This document shows, piece by piece, positions 9,138 to 16,643 of a stretch of 64,000 nt of DNA. The DNA comes from Acidobacteriota bacterium. Its GTDB lineage: Bacteria; Actinomycetota; Acidimicrobiia; Acidimicrobiales; CADCSY01. Position numbers and translations under genes: made by a program. The stretch is from the NCBI GenBank assembly GCA_019510095.1, contig JAEKLB010000020.1, forward strand, positions 12,499 to 76,498, in the 5' to 3' direction. Position 1 is the stretch's first letter. Each line of letters begins with the position of its first letter. The notes under the pieces are model-generated. The model worked only from the letters and a program-made list of their open reading frames with translations, searched no databases and had not been told where the DNA came from.

Positions 9138-9297
9138 CCCCGATGGGCTGACCGGCAGGAGTCCCGGCCCAGCAGCGGGAAATTTCCCGGAGGGTCGGTC
9201 CGGACGGTCTCCGCCACAACCGGACAGACAGCCGGGGAAACTGCCCGATCGACCCTGCGCTGTGTGCTGTCACACGTCGGTCGTAGCCTTGGGGCCT

Positions 9298-9489
9298 ATG
9301 ACGAGAACCGCAGTTGGTGGCAAGGACGGCCCGAGTCCGTTGGCAATGGCAGTCGCCATGGGCTTGGTGTCGGCCGGCACATACACGTTGACCCGGAACC
9401 TGAAGGGCGCAGCTAAGGCCGGAGCAATGGCGATGGCGACCCCCCTGGTTCCAGTGGTGGCGACCTTCCTGACCGAACTAGGCCTCTAG
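9298..9489 (+). CDS. small hypothetical protein (63 aa)
   Basis: ATG-initiated tail of track ORF 9010..9489. Its TAG stop coincides with one candidate IS end, so it may be a truncated or fused reading frame. Confidence 0.3.
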   Translation: MTRTAVGGKDGPSPLAMAVAMGLVSAGTYTLTRNLKGAAKAGAMAMATPLVPVVATFLTELGL

Positions 9490-10536
9490 CTCAGTCCAGC
9501 CTGAGAACTACACCGAACCTCCGACGAGGGGTCGATACGTAAGCCGCCGTCCTGCAGCCTGGTCGATGACCTGACGCATGCGCTCCGTGTCTGAGTGCTT
9601 CTTGGTCGTGTAGCGGAAGTCGAACTCGGCCAGGTAGCGGTCAAGGTGCTTGCGGCTGACGTGATGGTGCGTCCCATCCAACGACCGCTTGAGCTGGCTG
9701 AAGAAGTTCTCTGCCTGGTTGCTGGTGACGTTGCCTCGCACGTACTCGCCTGAGCCGTGGTCCACCCATTCGTGCTGGATGAACTCGCGGCCCATGTGGC
9801 GGTACTGCATGCCTGCGTCCGTATGGAGGATCGAGCCGGCCAGATCGACCTGCTCTGAGATCACCTTGCGCAACGTCGCTCCGGTCACGTTGGCGACCAC
9901 GCGGGACCGAACCTCTCCTGTCCTGCGGTCCACCAGTGACAGGACCGGCTGAAGATGTGCCGTGCCGCCACCCTTGCGACGGTTGGAGCGCCTCCTGTCG
10001 GTCGTCCCTGCTGGTGCTTGTTCTTCGGCTTCCCGCCGATGAATGTTTCGTCAGCGACGACGATCCCACCGTTCCCGCCGAGCAGGTCCAGTGGGCTTGC
10101 CTTCATGGCCTCACGGATGCGGTGGAGCAGGAACCACGCGCTCTTGTTCGTCAGCCCGTAGCGGCGGAATACCTCAAACGCCGCGACCCGTTTTTGTTCG
10201 ACGCCATCTCGAAGATGACCATGATCCAGGTCCGAAGCGGGATCTTCGATCCGTGCATGACCGTGTCATTGAGGACCGAGAACGGCTTGCGGCACTCGGC
10301 GCACTTCCACAGACGCCGGTAGCTGGCCTTGCCGGTCGAAGTGGTCCGATGACCGTTCTTCGGGGTGAGGTAGTAGCTCCGCGCGTCGTTGCCGCAATGC
10401 GGGCAGACGGGCCGGCCGCTCCACCGAAGCTGCTCCATGAACTCCCACGCCGCCGCCTCGTCGGGAATCCGCTCCATGAGGCCGAGGGTCGTCATCCGCT
10501 CCACCCCCTCATTATGAAGAGCGGGTGTGACAGCTA
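9487..10536 (-). mobile_element. IS1595-family insertion sequence remnant (ends uncertain)
   Basis: Encloses the broken transposase. There is weak, gapped terminal similarity TAGCT(CA)GTC..CA.CC at both ends. An alternative outer pair is the perfect 10-bp inverted match GCTGTCACAC (9265-9274) / GTGTGACAGC (10525-10534). No clear target-site duplication. Confidence 0.4.
9508..10504 (-). pseudogene. IS1595-family (ISXO2-like DDE) transposase, disrupted by two frameshifts
   Basis: Three track ORFs in three frames tile one protein. The N-terminal zinc ribbon is CPHCGN...WKCAECRKPF (10151..10504). The middle part is YGLTNKSAWFLLHRIREAMK...ETFIGGKPKNKH (to 9885). The DDE C-terminus is PVLSLVDRRTGEVRS...HTDAGMQY...SNQAENFFSQLKR (9508..9933). 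Frame changes occur near 10195 (G-run) and near 10000. Confidence 0.8.
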
Positions 10537-10544
10537 AAGGCGAG

Positions 10545-10871
10545 TCAGGCGCTAACCGCTACGCGCTCTAGCTGGAAGTCGGCCTCGGGCTCAGGGGTCG
10601 GCTGCGACGACCTGCCACCGTTGGCAGCCATAGGCCGACCAAACGGCTGCATGAGGAATCTCAGGGTCCGCAGCGTGGTCGCATCGAGAAGATCGGTGAG
10701 ACCCGTGAAGTCCACATCGCGACCGGGCGACAGGACTTCGATCCCAACGACTTCACCGTTTGCGTCAACATCAACGATCAGTCCGCCCGGTGTCTCAACC
10801 TGGCGATCGATCGGAGCGGTGCGGACGTACGCGTAGAAGGCGTCGGCCTGGGTGTCGTACGTCCACCTCAT
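10545..10871 (-). CDS. DUF2283 family protein (putative antitoxin)
   Basis: MRWTYDTQADAFYAYV...VDVDANGEVVGIEVL is the DUF2283 pattern. There is a 4-nt ATGA overlap with the upstream DUF4258 gene. Confidence 0.8.
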   Translation of the reverse strand: MRWTYDTQADAFYAYVRTAPIDRQVETPGGLIVDVDANGEVVGIEVLSPGRDVDFTGLTDLLDATTLRTLRFLMQPFGRPMAANGGRSSQPTPEPEADFQLERVAVSA

Positions 10872-11095
10872 GTCTCGTCCTTCCAGAACGCAGAAATGAA
10901 CACGCCTAGGTCGGCAGCTGAGACTACGACCTTTAGGAGTTTGCCGTTCATCGCGTAACCCATTTTTACCATTGTGCCCGGCTTATTACCAGGTCGGAAC
11001 CCTCCGGTGGCCCGCGCGAGCGCCATCCGAACGTCCTCCTCGGTTATCCCACGTTCGGCCATCCGCTGACGGATGTGGTCCGTCCAGCCATCCAC
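10868..11095 (-). CDS. DUF4258 domain protein (putative toxin)
   Basis: 75 aa. WTDHIRQRMAERGITEEDV is the typical DUF4258 N-terminus. It is paired with DUF2283, as in predicted type II TA modules. Confidence 0.8.
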   Translation of the reverse strand: MDGWTDHIRQRMAERGITEEDVRMALARATGGFRPGNKPGTMVKMGYAMNGKLLKVVVSAADLGVFISAFWKDET

Positions 11096-11097
11096 TC

Positions 11098-11505
11098 CTA
11101 GACCGGCGGAAGCAGCGTCTGGACATGCAGGGGCAACCTCGCCAGTTCCTCGCCGTCTGTCGCCAGGATCACGGAGTAGACGCCAACGCGGCGGAAGTCG
11201 AGGTTCAGGGGCAGGACTACGTTGCTTCCCGGTGACGGCCCGGAGGGGTCGCTCGTGGGCAGCGGCGGCATAGCCCCGTCAAGACGCGCGATTTGCTCCC
11301 CGTCGGCGTGCTCAACGGAGACCCGAACAGTGTGGGCTACGCCTTCATCGTCAGGCTCCCACGCAACTCGGCCAACGAGAAAGATCGAAGCTCGGATCGG
11401 TAGCTCGGGAGCAGAGAGCCGAGAGACAAAGGCCCCAAGAACCGAAACCAGGCCGTTGTACTCCTTCGCCCCGTCAGCGAGGAACGCAGCTTCGATCCTG
11501 GGCAC
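11098..11505 (-). CDS. hypothetical protein (135 aa), first gene of the TA-like cassette
   Basis: GTG 11503-11505. Its stop is 2 nt before the DUF4258 start. The product looks beta-rich, and I cannot name a family with confidence. Confidence 0.55.
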   Translation of the reverse strand: MPRIEAAFLADGAKEYNGLVSVLGAFVSRLSAPELPIRASIFLVGRVAWEPDDEGVAHTVRVSVEHADGEQIARLDGAMPPLPTSDPSGPSPGSNVVLPLNLDFRRVGVYSVILATDGEELARLPLHVQTLLPPV

Positions 11506-11863
11506 CGAGGGAGGCTATCGATAACGGGCGTCGTATGGTCCGGCCTGACCGTCAGCCTTCGGAGTCCTGCCCCGCCCCTTCCTCCTTGACGCCAAGCAGG
11601 ACGCGTCTTCGGGGTCCCCGTCGATCCTGAACCTCTCCGCGAGCTGCTCGGGCGTCGGTCCGGTGTCCTTCCGGCGGTGGCGGCGACGCTGCGGACTAAA
11701 CGGTCCGTCTGTCACTGTCCGACCCTCCGGTACGGTTGTGAACGAAGGCCAATCAGCGGACCAGGTGACCCGAGAAAGCTTCGGCCCAGCAGGTCGCTGG
11801 CTTCCTGCGGAAGTTCCGGGGGTGCGACCCCGGAGTCGAACGGGCGGTCCTTCATATGTAGGT

Positions 11864-11907
11864 AAGGGAGACCGGGCATTCGCTCGGTCTCCCTTGCTGG
11901 TTTTGTT
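11864..11907 (+). terminator. orphan intrinsic-terminator-like hairpin (11-bp perfect stem, 10-nt loop, TTTTGTT tail)
   Basis: AAGGGAGACCG-ggcattcgct-CGGTCTCCCTT, followed 5 nt later by ttttgtt on the plus strand. No intact plus-strand gene precedes it. Confidence 0.35.
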
Positions 11908-12194
11908 CCGTGCAGCCGCCGGCCGCACGATTGAGCTGTACTACTTAGTTCTGTCAGCAGCAGTTCGACATGGTGACTGTAGCGAGTTTGGCGACGTTTG
12001 CTGGAACATCTGTTTACGCGGCCACCCCCCGCGACCAGCCAAAACGCTCAATCGCATAATTGAGCGTCTCGCGAAAGCCCTGGTCGAAGTTCACTAAACC
12101 CCCCTTGCCTCGGTTCCCTCCTATGGGTACGCCAAGGAACCTATCGTCACTTTCGGACCTTTCTGGTTGTTTGCTTGCATATCGGGTCGAACAT

Positions 12195-13268
12195 ATGTAC
12201 GATTCGTGCATGTTGTCCGTTCTGGCCGAGGCGCTCGATGAGGTCGAGATTCCGGCGACGGCGCCCGGGCTGCGCGAGGCGTTCGCCATCCGGGATCGGT
12301 TCAACGCCAAGCTCGCTGCGGCCGTCGCCGAGTTCGATCGCGCTGGTGGGTGGGAGGCGGACGGTGCGGCGTCGGCGACCGGTTGGCTGCGGCATCACGC
12401 CTCGGTGTCCGGCAGGGAGGCACAATCGCTGACGCGGCGATCGCGTCGACTGACCCAGCTCCCGGTCCTTGCTCAAGCGTGGTCGTCGGGACAGGTGTCG
12501 GGCGGGCAGGTCGATGCCGTCGTCGCCCAGCTCAACGACCGCAACATCGACCTGTTCGCCTCCCAGGAGGCGGAACTGGTGCCCACCTTCATCGGGCTGT
12601 CGGTGGCCCAGACGGGCATCGCCATGCAGGCCTGGCGCCAGTACGCCGATGCCCTCGACCACAGCGACGAGCCCGAACAACCGCCGTCGCGCTTCGATGC
12701 CGCCCCCATCCTCGACGGCCGCACCGAGGTGTCGGGCTCCCTCGACACCCTCGACGGCGAGACGCTGCTGACCGCCCTCCGCGTGGCCCAGCGACCCGAT
12801 CTCGAAGGCGAGCCCGAACGCACGCCTGCCCAACGCCGAGCTGACGCGCTAGTCGACATCTGCCGCTTCTTCCTCGACCACCAGCACACGGTCCTCACCG
12901 ACCGCCGTCGACCGCACCTGAACATCACCATCGACATCACCGGGCTCGACAATGGCGAGGGAGCGTGCTGCCTCGATGGCGCACTGATCGCCCGATCCGA
13001 CCTCAAGCAGCTCCTGTGCGAGGCCAACCTCCACCGCGTGTTGGTCGACGGTCCGTCGGCCATCCTCGACTACGGCACCTCCCGCCGCCTGGTCTCGGTG
13101 GCGCAGTACAACGCCCTCGGCGTGCGCGACCGCGGCTGCCGCTTCCCGGGCTGCGACCGTCCTGCGCACTGGTGCGACGCCCACCACGTCGTGCCCTGGT
13201 GGCCCGACAAGGGTCCGACCCGGCTCGACAACCTCGTCCATCCCGAATGTGTCCCCTCCCCGGGGTGA
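12195..13268 (+). pseudogene. DUF222 / HNH endonuclease (REP13E12-type), 5' portion interrupted by element insertion
   Basis: DUF222-type N-terminal region, then GCRFPGCDRPAHWCDAHHVVPWWPDKGPTRLDNLV. After 13237 the frame runs into unrelated sequence (HPECVPSPG*). The missing C-terminus is found at 19046..19207. Confidence 0.85.
13230..13237. other. attL core (AACCTCGT)
   Basis: Identical 8-mer at 19046-19053. Lies exactly at the break in the HNH reading frame. Confidence 0.7.
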
Positions 13269-13320
13269 AACGCAGAACTACTCTCCCGGGACCTATTTGG
13301 AGGGAAGCGAGGGCGTGGCC

Positions 13321-15168
13321 ATGAGCGATGGGACAGCCGTGCCAATCCCTCCCGAGTTGCCTGGGCTGACGGCGTTTGAGAGTCGGGATGACCTTGCGGT
13401 TTACGGGAGCAACGCGTTGCTCCTCTTCGTCGCGCAGCTCAGGCTTGGGTTCGACGACGTGGACTCGTTCGCCGCGAACAGCCTGACCGATGGAAGCAAT
13501 GACAAGAAATGCGATCTCGTCGCGGTCACCGGTGACGGTCAGCGGATCGTGCTGGCACAGGGCTACATGGGCACGAAGGACGTTGCTGCAGCGCCCGCAA
13601 ACAAGGCCAGCGACCTCAACACCGGAGCAAGTTGGCTGCTAGCGGGCCCGCTTGAGTCCCTCCCCGAGACGCTTCGCGGAGCCGCCCAGGAAGTCCGAGA
13701 GGCGCTCGGTAGCGGAGAGGTTCGAGAACTGCAGCTCTGGTACGTGCACAACCTCCCTGAGTCAGTGAACGTCCAGTCGGAGTTGTTGCAAGCCGCAGCG
13801 ACGGCCGACAGCATCATCCGCCGAGACTTCCCGGACGCTGACGTGGATGTCTCGTTCGTTGAGATCGGACGTAGCACGCTTGAAGAGGAGTACGGGCGTA
13901 CTCAGGTGCCGATTCTCGTCGCCGAGAGCTTTGACTTCGAGGTTCCCGGAGGATTCGAACTGAAGGCCGGCGAGTGGAGCGCATTTTCAACGGCGGTCGC
14001 GGCCGGTGCGCTGCGTGACCTTTGGAAGGACCACAAGACGAAGCTCATGTCGCCGAATATCCGTGACTACTTGGGGGTCGTGCGGTCGAGCAGCAACATC
14101 AACTTCGGGATCAAGGAGACAGCGAAGGGGCAGCCTGAGAACTTCGCGATCTTCAATAACGGCATCACCGTCCTCGTGCACGACTACCGGCGAAGGTGGG
14201 AAGAGGGCGAGGGGGGCGAGCAGCGGGAGATTCTGACGGTCGAAGGGATTGGAATCGTCAATGGCGGCCAGACGACAGGCGCCCTCGGCAGCTTGGAGGA
14301 CAGCGAGGCTGTCGGGGCTGCCTCGGCCATGGTCATGGCCCGCTTTGTCAAGTGCTCGAACACCGCAGTTCTTGGAGACATCGTCCGTTACAACAACACC
14401 CAGAACAAGGTCGAGGCGACCGACTTCAGGAGCAAGGATCCCATCCAGGATCGACTGAGGACCGAGTTCGAGGTAGTACCCGACGCGGATTACCGCGGTG
14501 GCAGGAGAGGAGGAGCGAGCGACGCGATCCTTCGAATCAAGACACTCCTGCCGGATTCATCAGTCGCTCAGTCGCTCGCAGCATTCCATGGTGATCCGAA
14601 CCTCGCCTATAACGAGACGCGCAGCATCTGGGACAGCGATGCCGTGTACGCGAGGATTTTCCGGGAGAACGTCACGGCTCGGCACATCGTCTTCACGTAC
14701 AGCTTGCTAAAGGCGATTGAGAATGCGAAGCAAGTGAACTCAAAGATCGGTGTTGCGGACCGCACCGACGCCCAACGTCGTCATGCGCTGTTCTTCAGCG
14801 CACGAGGCTCGAACTACCTCCTCGTAGCGGCCCTCGGCGACTGCATCGAGACCGTTCTTGGCCGTGCCGCCGCCGATCGTTACGCACTGCAGTTCACAAA
14901 GAACATCTCACCGGCTGAGGCGCGGGAACTGTGGCAGCCAGTGGTGGACGTAGCACTCTCGTTCTCGGCGCAGCTCCAGCCAGCGACGGACCTTGGCTTG
15001 AAGGCACAGGATCGCGTGCGGAAGGCGCTCCAAGACTTCAGTTCAATGATGGAGGCCGTTCGGTCCGCGAACCCTGGTCCGTTCGATGCGTTGGCTGCTG
15101 CGACTGAGGCTCACCCGGCGTCAACACCAGCACCTAGTCCGCCATCGGGCGGGGTGCTCTTTACTTGA
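13321..15168 (+). CDS. AIPR (abortive infection phage resistance) family protein
   Basis: ATG 13321 with GAGGG 8 nt upstream. Family hallmarks are SNDKKCDL, SPNIRDYLG, FAIFNNGITV, IGIVNGGQTT and RYNNTQNKV. Confidence 0.85.
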   Translation: MSDGTAVPIPPELPGLTAFESRDDLAVYGSNALLLFVAQLRLGFDDVDSFAANSLTDGSNDKKCDLVAVTGDGQRIVLAQGYMGTKDVAAAPANKASDLNTGASWLLAGPLESLPETLRGAAQEVREALGSGEVRELQLWYVHNLPESVNVQSELLQAAATADSIIRRDFPDADVDVSFVEIGRSTLEEEYGRTQVPILVAESFDFEVPGGFELKAGEWSAFSTAVAAGALRDLWKDHKTKLMSPNIRDYLGVVRSSSNINFGIKETAKGQPENFAIFNNGITVLVHDYRRRWEEGEGGEQREILTVEGIGIVNGGQTTGALGSLEDSEAVGAASAMVMARFVKCSNTAVLGDIVRYNNTQNKVEATDFRSKDPIQDRLRTEFEVVPDADYRGGRRGGASDAILRIKTLLPDSSVAQSLAAFHGDPNLAYNETRSIWDSDAVYARIFRENVTARHIVFTYSLLKAIENAKQVNSKIGVADRTDAQRRHALFFSARGSNYLLVAALGDCIETVLGRAAADRYALQFTKNISPAEARELWQPVVDVALSFSAQLQPATDLGLKAQDRVRKALQDFSSMMEAVRSANPGPFDALAAATEAHPASTPAPSPPSGGVLFT

Positions 15169-15185
15169 AGTAGCAACGAAACTCG

Positions 15186-15224
15186 GAAGCGGGCCCTTGC
15201 GCTTCGAACCCGGTGAATCGGGTT
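15186..15224. terminator. two adjacent short hairpins between convergent AIPR and Cys-rich operon
   Basis: GAAGCG-ggcccttg-CGCTTC and AACCCG-gtgaat-CGGGTT. They sit between the two stop codons and have no U-tract. Confidence 0.35.
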
Positions 15225-15345
15225 AGTTCTTGTGCAGGTCGGGTCTCTGCACAGGAAGCTGGGAGCAGCAGCAGTCGGGGTGCTTGGCGCATGGGGTGAC
15301 GATGACGCCGTGATCGACCTCGCATCCGCAGTCGGCGCAGAGCAT
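15223..15345 (-). CDS. Cys-rich micro-protein C (40 aa; 7 Cys)
   Basis: MLCADCGCEVDHGVIVTPCAKHPDCCCSQLPVQRPDLHKN. Its ATG overlaps the stop of ORF B by 1 nt (TGATG). Confidence 0.45.
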   Translation of the reverse strand: MLCADCGCEVDHGVIVTPCAKHPDCCCSQLPVQRPDLHKN

Positions 15346-15572
15346 CAGGCCCACGTCGCGTTCGGGTCGAGTCGGCGCTTCTCGTCGGCGGTCATCTGGT
15401 CGTGTCCGAATGGGGCGACCCACCGGAACGTGGACAGCCCGGGCTTGCGGCACCAGCAGGAGTCCCGACAGCCGCACCGGACGGCGCCCATGCGCTCGAC
15501 GTACTTCCCGATGATGGCGAACACCAGGTAACCGGCCGCGGCTCGTCCGAGGAGGCGCTTCAGGGCTAGCAC
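15345..15572 (-). CDS. Cys-rich small protein B (75 aa; predicted TM helix then CGCRDSCWC)
   Basis: GTG 15570-15572, in the frame of track ORF 15345..15836. The start overlaps the stop of ORF A (GTGCTAG). Contains hydrophobic AAAGYLVFAIIG followed by VRCGCRDSCWCRKPG. Confidence 0.45.
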   Translation of the reverse strand: MLALKRLLGRAAAGYLVFAIIGKYVERMGAVRCGCRDSCWCRKPGLSTFRWVAPFGHDQMTADEKRRLDPNATWA

Positions 15573-15817
15573 CGGCTGAACCCGGCCCGGAAGCTGACCC
15601 GCCGCCAGAACGGCCAACCGGACGGGGCGGCTCGGGTCTGACGTTCGATCTGGCGCCTGCGCTTGGCGAGCACCTTCACGCACCGGAAGCAGACGCCTAC
15701 CTCGGGATGGTCCCCAAGGTGGAGCAGGCTTCCTCGGACGGTTCGGTCGCCACAGCACCAGCACCCGGAAGCGGCCGGCGGCTCCTGGTAGTCGCCTCCA
15801 AGGGCGGTCATCGCCAT
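15566..15817 (-). CDS. Cys-rich small protein A (83 aa; CWCC...HPEVGVCFRC zinc-ribbon-like)
   Basis: Track ORF with sequence SGCWCCGDRTVRGSLLHLGDHPEVGVCFRCVKVLAKRRRQ. Two Cys pairs spaced like a zinc ribbon are followed by a basic helix. Confidence 0.5.
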   Translation of the reverse strand: MAMTALGGDYQEPPAASGCWCCGDRTVRGSLLHLGDHPEVGVCFRCVKVLAKRRRQIERQTRAAPSGWPFWRRVSFRAGFSRC

Positions 15818-15882
15818 GTTGCGAGTCTCGCGCCACTGGCGAGACGGGGTCCGGCGGTGAGGCCGTACACCGAGGCGCTCGA

Positions 15883-16038
15883 CTAGGGCGCGGAGCGACC
15901 GCCCGCCGTTGCGGGCTCGGCAGAATCCCCGACGACTTGCCCGTCGAGCTCAGTGAGGAGCTCCCGAGACTGCTGGAGCAACTTCGCCGTACGGTCCGCG
16001 ATCTGGTTATTCAGGTCGTCGCGCTCGGGCCCGCTCAT
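15883..16038 (-). CDS. small protein (51 aa) with LLQQSRELLTELD motif
   Basis: Below the track cutoff. ATG 16036-16038 to TAG 15883-15885. First gene of the minus-strand operon of the element, and shares a motif with 7012..7170. Confidence 0.4.
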   Translation of the reverse strand: MSGPERDDLNNQIADRTAKLLQQSRELLTELDGQVVGDSAEPATAGGRSAP

Positions 16039-16103
16039 CGCGGGCCGTCGTACCCAAATCGCCTGAACCCGTATCAGTAGGGCGGACCAGGACCGTCAAG
16101 GCC

Positions 16104-16637
16104 ATGGCCGACCCCGAGCGGAGCGAGTGGGTTGACGGGCCGAAGCCTTGGTCGTCGTCACGATTGAGATGGCCTCGCCGCCAGGCGAGGCCTGCCAAGC
16201 CTCGGCCATCTGGAACTACACGCCTGTTGTTCTACTTGCAGGAACGCGAGTATCGTTCGGGCGTGGCGATCGACTTCCGTAGCGACCCGAGCCCGAGCCC
16301 CGAGGGCCGCGGCCGCGCTCGCCGTGCCTGGGACGCCTACGCCAAGGCCGTGAACTCGGTGACGCTGCCGGTCTTGGAGCCGGCGATCCGCCGTCTGGCG
16401 ACATCGATGTCAGTCGACATGGTCGGCTTCTGGGTGGCGTGGCATCTGCACGGCGGCTTCGAGGGCCTGGTCGAGTTGGGGATGCACCCGTCCACGGTCT
16501 GGCGCAAGGTCAAGCGCTTCCGGGTCGTGACCGGCCAGCACCCTGACGACTTCGAGTTGCCCGGCGTGAAGCTCGACCGGGAGGCGTATTGGAACTGGGC
16601 ACGGGAGTCGAACGGCACCTGGGTCAAGGTCCGCTGA
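16104..16637 (+). CDS. hypothetical protein with C-terminal HTH-like segment (start uncertain)
   Basis: Track ORF. GMHPSTVWRKVKRFRVV resembles a DNA-binding recognition helix. Sits immediately upstream of rep. Confidence 0.5.
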   Translation: MADPERSEWVDGPKPWSSSRLRWPRRQARPAKPRPSGTTRLLFYLQEREYRSGVAIDFRSDPSPSPEGRGRARRAWDAYAKAVNSVTLPVLEPAIRRLATSMSVDMVGFWVAWHLHGGFEGLVELGMHPSTVWRKVKRFRVVTGQHPDDFELPGVKLDREAYWNWARESNGTWVKVR

Positions 16638-16643
16638 CGTGTC

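Noticed and set aside
10185-10200. A programmed -1 ribosomal frameshift in the IS1595 transposase. The shift after ...AAC AAA AAC GGG would restore the protein.
   Set aside because: A second, unrelated frame break occurs about 200 nt downstream. The family is not known to use programmed frameshifting. A 1-nt loss in the G-run explains it more simply.
11820-11850. A tRNA 3' fragment (GGTGCGACCCCGGAGTCGAACGG resembles an acceptor/T-arm on the minus strand), which could be an old att site.
   Set aside because: The T stem does not pair (two mismatches in five) and there is no CCA-compatible acceptor partner. The sequence also sits in a coding-like minus frame (MKDRPFDSGVAPPE...).
11663-12097. 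Plus-strand ORFs 11663..12097 and 11677..11865. The latter ends at a TAA right before the terminator-like hairpin.
   Set aside because: They are Arg/Cys-rich with poor third-position bias. The minus strand shows the better coding-like signal over the same bases. I kept only the hairpin as a feature.
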